Source: Eledone cirrhosa (Eukaryota). Taken from it: a stretch of 64,000 nucleotides of DNA. Below are positions 56,066 through 64,000 of this stretch, in pieces. The first letter of the stretch is position 1. Each line of letters begins with the position of its first letter. The notes beneath the pieces were generated by a model. The model was given only the letters and a program-made list of their open reading frames with translations. It was not told the DNA's origin and ran no database searches. The DNA lies in assembly GCA_964016885.1 (NCBI GenBank), contig OZ024743.1, forward strand, positions 116,684,001-116,748,000, read 5' to 3'. Both the position numbers and the translations under genes were made by a program.

Positions 56066-57582
56066 TAGTTGCATTTATCTTGCTTTATGTTCATACGGGT
56101 TATCACCATGTCACAACCAGTGACCTCAAGAGACAACAAGGTCCGCCATGTTCAAGAAAGAACATACATACACACACATGCATCTTTAGGTGTTTATATT
56201 GACAGAACCTTCCTTAGTATATGGGAGGTTCCCATTAGTACTATCTTTTGTATTTCTCCTATACGGTGGTTTCCTGAGATTTGCAATAAGTAATCATTAG
56301 ATCCCTTAGGTATCATTCCTAGAGCGCCTACAACCACTGGTATTGTTTTAGTTCTCAATTTCCACATTTTTCCAATTTCTATCTCCAGGTCCTTATACTT
56401 GCTCAATTTTTCAAATGTTTTTATAGATACATTCTAGTTTATTGGAACGGACATATCAATTAGCAGGCATACCCTCTTTTTAAAGTTCTTCAGTATTATA
56501 TCAGATCAATTTGCATCTATTTTTCGGTCTGTTTGGATGCTAAAATTCCACAAGATTGAGATGTGATATTTTTCAAGTATGGGAGGTGGTTGATGCTCCC
56601 ACCAATTCTTTTGATGGGGCAGGTCAAAATGCTTACACATTATCCAATGTATGTATTGTGCAGCTCTGTCATGCCTGCTTTAGGTATTCGGTTGGCGCTA
56701 TAGGACTGCATATTGAAATTATATGGTCAATGGTCTCTGGTTGTTTTTTACATACCCGGCATAATGGGCTGCATCCATTTTTTATTATGTTGGCTTGGTA
56801 ATTTTTTGTTGACAGACACTGATCTTGTGCCGATATAATCAATCCTTCAGTCTCCGATTTCAGTCCAGAGGATGCCAACCACTGATGGGTTAAAGTGTTG
56901 TAACCATCAGGATTGTTAGCTCGTTCTGGGTATTTTCCATACAGAAGCTTTTCTTGCCATTTCTTAGCCAGTTTCTGTAGTAGTTCTTTCTTTGCAGTTA
57001 CTTTTACCTGCTTTGCTTTTTCTGTTTTTCATTTCAGCAGTAAATGGGACGTCTGAAATTTGTAGTCCATTACTGTATCTTTGTGCATCTTTTGTAATGG
57101 TGTATGATCTTTTGATGCTTCCGTGTTTCAAAACGAGTTTCATTATCCAATCATGTGCCTCCCTTAGATATGTAGATAATCCAATTGTTGCAGTTTTCAA
57201 CGCAATGTCTAACTGGATTAACCCACGTCCTCCTTCTTTCCTCCTTCTATCTGTATCTGCCTTAGGGTGATGCATGCTGTGCATGGTTAAGAATTTTCTC
57301 ATTTATGTATCGAGCCTACGGATCTCTGTGCTTGAGCAGTTGATGACATTGTAACTGTAGGTTACTACTGGTATGGCAAGCGTGTTTAAGGCATCGATGC
57401 TATTCCCTGCATTCAATTCCGTTCTTAAGATTGCTCTTACTCTGCGGTAACATTCCTTCCTTATCCTTTCCCTCATTGTCGAGTGCTTGATTCCGTCTCC
57501 TTCACAAACACCTAGATATTTGTAAGTTTCCTCTTGATCAAGTTCTCTTATCACATTCCCCGGATCAAGATTAATGTCTGAA
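56066..57582 (-). mobile_element. R4/Dong non-LTR retrotransposon, 5'-truncated copy 1
   Basis: YKYLG, GGRGL, CRVC..ETIDHII..C, KYKDL..IPVVVGALG; (TAA)n on both sides. Confidence 0.9.
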
Positions 57583-57603
57583 TAATAATTATTATTATTA
57601 TTA

Positions 57604-60600
57604 CAGTTGCATTTATCTTGCTTTATGTTCATACGAGTTAACACCAAGTCACAACCAGTGACCTCAAGAGACAACAAGGTCCGCCATGTTCAAGAAAGAA
57701 CATACATACTCACACATGCATCTTTAGTGTTTAGACTTGTGATGTACTTATATTGACAGAATCTTCCTTAGTATATGGGCAGTTCCCATTAGTACTATCT
57801 TTTGTATTTCTCCTATACGCGGGTTTCCTGGTATTTGCGATAAGTAATCATTAGACCCCTTATGTATCATTCCCAGAGCGCCTACAACCACTGGTATTGT
57901 TTTAGTTCTCAATTTCCACATTTTTCCAATTTCTATCTCCAGGTCCTTATACTTGCTCAATTTTTCAAATGTTTTTATAGATACATTCTTGTCTATTGGA
58001 ACAGACATATCAATTAGCAGGCATACCCTCTTTTTAAAGTCCTTCAATATTATATCAGGTCTATTTGCATCTATTTTTCGGTCTGTTTGGATGTGATCTT
58101 TTTCAAGTATGGGAGCATTATCCAATGTATGTATTGTGCAGCTCTGTCACGCCTGTTTAGGTATTCGGTTGGAGCTATAGCACTGCACATTGAAATTATA
58201 TGGTCAATGGTCTCTGGTTGTTTTTTGCATACACGGCATAATGGGCTGCATCCATTTTTTATTATGTTGGCTTGGTAATTTTTTGTTGGCAGACACTGAT
58301 CTTGTGCTGATATAATCAGTCCTTCAGTCTCCGATTTCAGTCCAGAGGATGCCAACCACTGAGGGGTTGAAGTTTTGTCAACATCAGGATTGTTAGCTCG
58401 CTCTGGGTATTTTCCATACAGAGGCTTTTCTTGCCATTTCTTAGCCAGTTTCTGTAGCAGTTCTTTCTTTGCAGTTACTTTTACCTGCTTTGCTATTTCT
58501 GTGTTTTCCATTTCAGCAGTAAATGGGACTTCTGAAATTTGTAGTCCATTACTGTATCTTTGTGCATCTTTTGTAATGGAATATGATCTTTTGATGCTTT
58601 CGTGTTTCAAAATGAGTTTGATCATCCAATCATGTGATTCCCTTAGATATGTAGATAATCCAATTGTTGCAGTTTTCAACGCAATGTCAAACTGGATTAA
58701 CCCACGTCCTCCTTCTTTCCTAGGGAGATATGTTCTATCTATATCTGCCTTAGGGTGATGCATTCTGTGCATAGTTTAGAATTTTCGAATTTTTATATCG
58801 ACCCTACGGATCTCTGTGCTTGACCAGTTGATGACATTGTAACTGTAGGTTACTACTGGTCTGACAACCGTGTTTATGGCATCGATCCTATTCCTTGCAT
58901 TCAATTCCGTTCTTAAGATTGCTCTTACTCTGCGGTAACATTCCTTCCTTATCCTTTCCCTCATTGTCGAGTGCTTGATTCCGTCTCCTTCACAAACACC
59001 TAGATATTTGTAAGTTTTTTCTTGATCAAGTTCTCTTATCACGTTCCCCCGATCAAGATTAATGTCTGAACTTTTAAGCAGCCTTCCTCTGGTGAACGTT
59101 GCTTTGGCGCATTTATCTAGTCCAAACTCCATTTTAATGTCATCACTGAATTGCTCCACAGTGGCTAATAGCCCTTGCAATTGTTCATCATTCTTTGCAA
59201 ATAGTTTCAGGTCATCCATGTAGAACAGGTTATTAATGGTTTTGTCATAGACTTTATATCCATGTTTTGTTTCATTGAGCATTTTACTTAATGGTATAAG
59301 TGCAATGCAGAATAAAAGCGGTGATAAAGAGTCACACTGAAAAATTCCACAATTAATATTAACTTCTCCAGCTTCCAGTGATTTTTTTTCACTATTCAAA
59401 CGGAGTGTCGTTTTCCATGTCTTCATACTGAATGACAAAAACCTCCTGACAACGGGGGATATTTTGAAAATCTCTAAACATTTTTCAATCCAACTGTGTG
59501 GCAAACTATCGAATGCTTTTTTATAATCTATCCAAGCAATCGATAGATTTTTGTGTCTATTATGACAATCTTCCAGTATCATTTTGTTAACCAGAAGCTG
59601 ATCCTTACAGCCATATGAGCCTCGTTTACACCCTTTCTGCTCAATGGGAAATAGGTCATTTGTTATCAGGTGGTCATATGTGTATTCAGTTAGGACTGAT
59701 GTTAAAATTTTATACATTGTGGTCAAGCAAGTTATCGGTCTATAATTTTTGGGATTGTTTGTCTCATCATTCTTCGGAAGCAGGAATGTAATGCCGTTAA
59801 ATAGCCATGATGGTATCCTTTCTTGCTCCTTAACTATTTCATTGTAAAGTTTGGCTAACAGCTTATGAGACTCTGTGAAGGCATTTATCCAAAAGTTTTG
59901 TATTTTGTCTTTTCCTGGGGATTTCCATTTGCTGGTTTTTCTTAGAGCCAAGCGCAACTGTTCAACTGTTATATTTTCCCATATTTGTTCCTCAAGGTGA
60001 GCTGTATCTTTCATTTGTCTGTCTATCCATGGGGCATGTATTTTATGAACTTTTTCTTCGGCCCAGATCTTTTCCCAGAATTCTTGCACTTCCTCCTTGG
60101 GTGGTATTGATTTAGCAGTTATTGTTGACTTACCAATTTTTCTGTAGAAGTTTCGTTGGTTGTTTTTGAACATATTATTGTCCTTATAGAATCTAGATCG
60201 TTTTTCAAAGCGCCTTATACGAGCAGCTTTGGCCGACACTTTTTGCTTGATTATTTCTATCAGCATGTCTATGTCACTTGTTGATTTTATTCTGTACTTT
60301 TTTTTCAATTTTCTAAGTTTAGTTTGTTTAACATGTTCACCTACTTTATAGATTATTAAAATTTCTATGTCAGATCGGAGAAGGTTTATTTGGCGATTGA
60401 TGTTCTCTTGCCAAGTAGATTTCTTGTGGGAATTCCTTTGTTTTTTCATCTTCACTCCACATAAGTGAGTGGTGACTTTAGCCGATGCATAATAGAGATG
60501 ATTTAAATCAGTAATGTTTAGTTTGTTTGTGATGATAATGTTTTTGAGAATTATGTTAGTCTTGTGTATTATCTTTTGGTTCTGTTTGGAGTTCTGGATC

Positions 60601-61437
60601 TTAGGGAGATCTCGTTGCCCCATGTCAGATTTTTTAATTTTCATCCATTCGATCATAATTACATCCTTCAAGTTGGCAAGTTCATTCTCATTCATTTCTT
60701 TATCATTTACGATCTCATTATTTTCATTTGGAGTTTCATCTTGAGCATGCACTCCCTCCACTTTTTCGATCCCTTCTTTAATTTGTTCTGTTGCCAGTGA
60801 TTCCGCCCCAAACCTGGGATTCGAAGTGTTACAATTTACCTCGTTTTCACTGACACATGTTTCATTTTCCCTTCGCTGACTTTGTGCTAATAGCTTGATC
60901 TGATCAATTTCTATATCAGTTAGTAACTTTTTTCTTACAATATTTCTTCGTATATTGGCTAGTTTGTTGCTGTCAATATAGCCTCTGTTTTCGGGATGTT
61001 TCTTTTTCCAGTTGATATATGTCTGTTCTGTACTCGATGTATTTGATGGGTAGTACATGGCAGTGTAGAAAGCCTCAAGGACTTCTTTATTATCTTCCCT
61101 TGACCATTTTTCTCTCTTTTTCTTTGGAGTTCTTGGTGGTGAGCATGGAGGGCCAACAGTAGGAGTATTCTGGTTATGGGAGGTCTCCAGCTCCGAAGTG
61201 ATGGGAAGGTTTGAACCATTAGCTGATTTTTCGACCCCAGTCTGGTTCCTCTCTGAGGGACGCGGCCTTTTTTTACCCGGGTGACGGCCGATCCGGTATG
61301 AGATTTTATCATTAGACATTTACTTTATTTTGTCGCGTTTTATCCTTATCCGCCAAGGGGCAATCATTTCGTGTTACCACTTCTAGAACGAGTGTCAGCC
61401 AAGACTAGAGGGGTCGTTCTCCCCTAGAGACACGGCT
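57604..61437 (-). mobile_element. R4/Dong non-LTR retrotransposon, apparently full-length copy 2
   Basis: ~118 nt 5' leader, single RT-RLE ORF, ~145 nt 3' UTR, (TAA)n flanks. Confidence 0.92.
57748..61319 (-). pseudogene. R4/Dong RT + CCHC + restriction-like endonuclease ORF, disrupted
   Basis: 847 aa ORF with WKSPGKD, YRPITCL, AWIDYKKAFDS, GIFQCDSLSPLLF (G>C vs copy 3), FYMDDLK; break near 58775; deletions near 58090-58120; RPDI..IDM..KYKDL. Confidence 0.9.
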
Positions 61438-61459
61438 ATTATTATTATTATTATTATTA

Positions 61460-63403
61460 CAGTTGCATTTATCTTGCTTTATGTTCATACGAGTTATCAC
61501 AAAGTCACAACCAGTGACCTCAAGAGACAACAAGGTCCGCCATATTCAAGAAAGAACATACATAAACACATGCATCTTTAGTGTTTAGACTTGTGATGTA
61601 CTTATATTGACAGAATCTTCCTTAGTATATGGGCAGTTCCCATTAGTACTATCTTTTGTATTTCTCCTATATGCAGGTTTCCTGGTATTTGCGATAAGTA
61701 ATCATTAGACCCCTTAGGTATCATTCCCAGAGCGCCTACAACCACTGGTATTGTTTTAGTTCTCAATTTCCACATTTTTCCAATTTCTATCTCCAGGTCC
61801 TTATACTTGCTCAATTTTTCAAATGTTTTTATAGATACATTCTTGTCTATTGGAACAGACATATCAATTAGCAGGCATACCCTCTTTTGAAAGTCTTTCA
61901 ATATTATATCAGGTCTGTTTGCATCTATTTTTCGGTCTGTTTGGATGCTAAAGTTCCACAAGATTGAGATGTGAACTTTTTCAAGTATGGGAGGTGGTTG
62001 ATGCTCCCACCAATTCTTTTGATGGGGAAGGTCAAAATGCTTACACATTATCCAATGTATGTATTGTGCAACTCTGTCATGCCTGTTTAGGTATTCGGTT
62101 GGAGCTATAGGACTGCACATTGAAATTATATGGTCAATGGTCTCTGTTTTTTTTTGCATACACGGCATAATGGGCTGCACCCATTTTTTATTATGTTGGC
62201 TTGGTAATTTTTTGTTGGCAGACACTGATCTTGTGCCGATATAATCAGTCCTTCAGTGTCCGATTTCAGTCCAGAGGATGCCAACCACTGATGGGTTAAA
62301 GTTTTGTCAACATCAGGATTGTTAGCTCGCTCTGGGTATTTTCCATACAGAGGCTTTTCTTGCCATTTCTTAGCCAGTTTCTGTAGTAGTTCTTTCTTTG
62401 CAGTTACTTTTACCTGCTTTGCTTTTTCTGTGTTTTCCATTTCAGCAGTAAATGGGACTTCTGAAATTTGTAGTCCATTACTGTATCTTTGTGCATCTTT
62501 TGTAATGGAATATGATCTTTTGATGCATTCGTGTTTCAAAACGAGTTTGATCATCCAATCATATGATTCCCTTAGATATGTAGATAATCCAATTGTTGCA
62601 GTTTTCAACGCAATGTCTAACTGGATTAACCCACGTCCTCCTTCTTTCCTAGGGAGATATATTCTATCTATATCTGCTTTAGGGTGATGCATTCTGTGCA
62701 TGGTTAAGAATATTCGAATTTTTGTATCGAGCCTACGGATCTCTGTGCTTGACCAGTTGATGACATTGTAACTGTAGGTTACTACTGGTATGGCAAGCGT
62801 GTTTATGGCATCGATCCTATTCCTTGCATTCAATTCCGTTCTTAAGATTGCTCTTACTCTGCGGTAACATTCCTTCCTTATCCTTTCCCTCATTGTCGAG
62901 TGCTTGATTCCGTCTCCTTCACAAACACCTAGATATTTGTAAGTTTTTTCTTGATCAAGTTCTCTTATCACGTTCCCCCGATCAAGATTAATGTCTGAAC
63001 TCTTCAGCAGCTTTCCTCTGGTGAACGTTGCTTTGGCGCATTTATCTAGTCCAAACTCCATTTTAATGTCATCACTGAACTGCTTCACAGTGGATAATAG
63101 CTCTTGCAATTGTTCATCATTTTTTGCAAATAGTTTCAGGTCATCCATGTAGAACAGGTGATTAATGGTTTTGTCATAGACTTTATATCCATGTTTTGTT
63201 TCATTGAGCATTTTACCTAATGGTATAAGTGCGATGCAGAATAAAAGCGGTGATAAAGAGTCACCCTGAAAAATTCCACAATTAATATTAACTTCTCCAG
63301 CTTCCAGTGATTTTGTTTCACTATTCAAAAGGAGTGTCGTTTTCCATATCTTCATACTGAATGACAAAAACCTCTTGACAACGGGGGATATTTTGAAAAT
63401 CTC

Positions 63404-63404
<1 letters not shown>
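61460..63404 (-). mobile_element. R4/Dong non-LTR retrotransposon, 5'-truncated copy 3
   Basis: GIFQGDSLSPLLF, FYMDD, RHD..RPDI; one frameshift in an A-run near 62150; (TAA)n flanks. Confidence 0.92.
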
Positions 63405-63441
<37 letters not shown>

Positions 63442-63456
63442 ATTATTATTATTATT

Positions 63457-63683
63457 AGGGCGCTGGATTGGCAGAGTCGGTAGAATGTCGGATAATATGC
63501 TTTCCGGCATAGATATGCGGCCCTGTGTGATATGTGTCCAATTCCCGCCAAGATTAGTTTTGCCTATCAACCTTATGGGATCGATAAAAAAAAAGCATCA
63601 GTAATTTACTGGAGTCGATTTAATCGACTTCCCCTTCACTTTCAAATTAGTGGCCTTGTGTCTAAAGTAGAAACAATTATTAT
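63457..63683 (+). mobile_element. tRNA-derived SINE (longer subfamily, like 55598-55828)
   Basis: GGATTGGCAGAGTCGGTAG...GGCCTTGTGTCTAAAGTAGAAACAATTATT. Confidence 0.8.
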
Positions 63684-64000
63684 CGTTGCATCGCATCGCT
63701 GTTTGTGCGTCTTGGGTATGTGCAATATTGTTTTTTGCTATTAATATTTCTATTATATTGATAGTATTCTTTCTTATATGTGTGCCGTGCCTAATAGTTC
63801 CACGTTCTGCATTTTGTACTATTTGTAGGTCTTGAAATTTTGGTTATGTATTCGGTTGCCTTTTTATCTTTCACAGAGCACATAATTATAAGGGTTGTTT
63901 CTGATATCATCATCCTCATTCTGATTATTTCTAACTCCAGTTCTTTATATTTGAATAATTCTCTTCCTCCTTGATAGATATATTGTCGTCTGTGCAGATT
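63684..64000 (-). mobile_element. 3' end of an older, divergent R4/Dong-like element (runs off window)
   Basis: Reverse complement translates as LFKYKELELEIIRM...ELLGTAHI..ILSI*, homologous to the Dong C-terminus. Confidence 0.7.

Noticed and set aside
58776-61319. 847 aa ORF as an intact active retrotransposon or host gene
   Set aside because: QG>QC change in an RT motif, ORF break near 58775 and deletions in the endonuclease region relative to copy 3

Overview
AT-rich, microsatellite-dense eukaryotic DNA, probably from an octopod cephalopod judging by recognisable SINE motifs (inference). No host gene is confidently identifiable, and almost all listed ORFs are microsatellite artefacts. The window is mostly mobile DNA: two near-complete but disrupted Penelope-like elements (RT + GIY-YIG; 8.06-13.3 kb and 43.8-47.7 kb) plus fragments, a head-to-tail array of R4/Dong non-LTR elements in (TAA)n (56-64 kb), a decayed GC-rich CRE-clade element (52.9-55.1 kb), RTE 3' ends, a DD37D/maT transposase remnant, many tRNA-derived SINEs and two TIR elements. 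The most striking signal is non-coding. About 20 minimal type I hammerhead ribozymes (HHRs), some intact and some degenerate, from roughly ten unrelated repeat families sit in (TA)n tracts, often in fold-back duplications. One family forms tandem 430-530 bp non-coding units (retrozyme/satellite-like). Each unit carries an octamer (ATGCAAAT), about 34 nt, a TATATA box, then a hammerhead, and two other families appear to share this layout. All ribozyme and promoter calls come from reading motifs and base-pairing by eye, and coordinates are approximate to a few bases.
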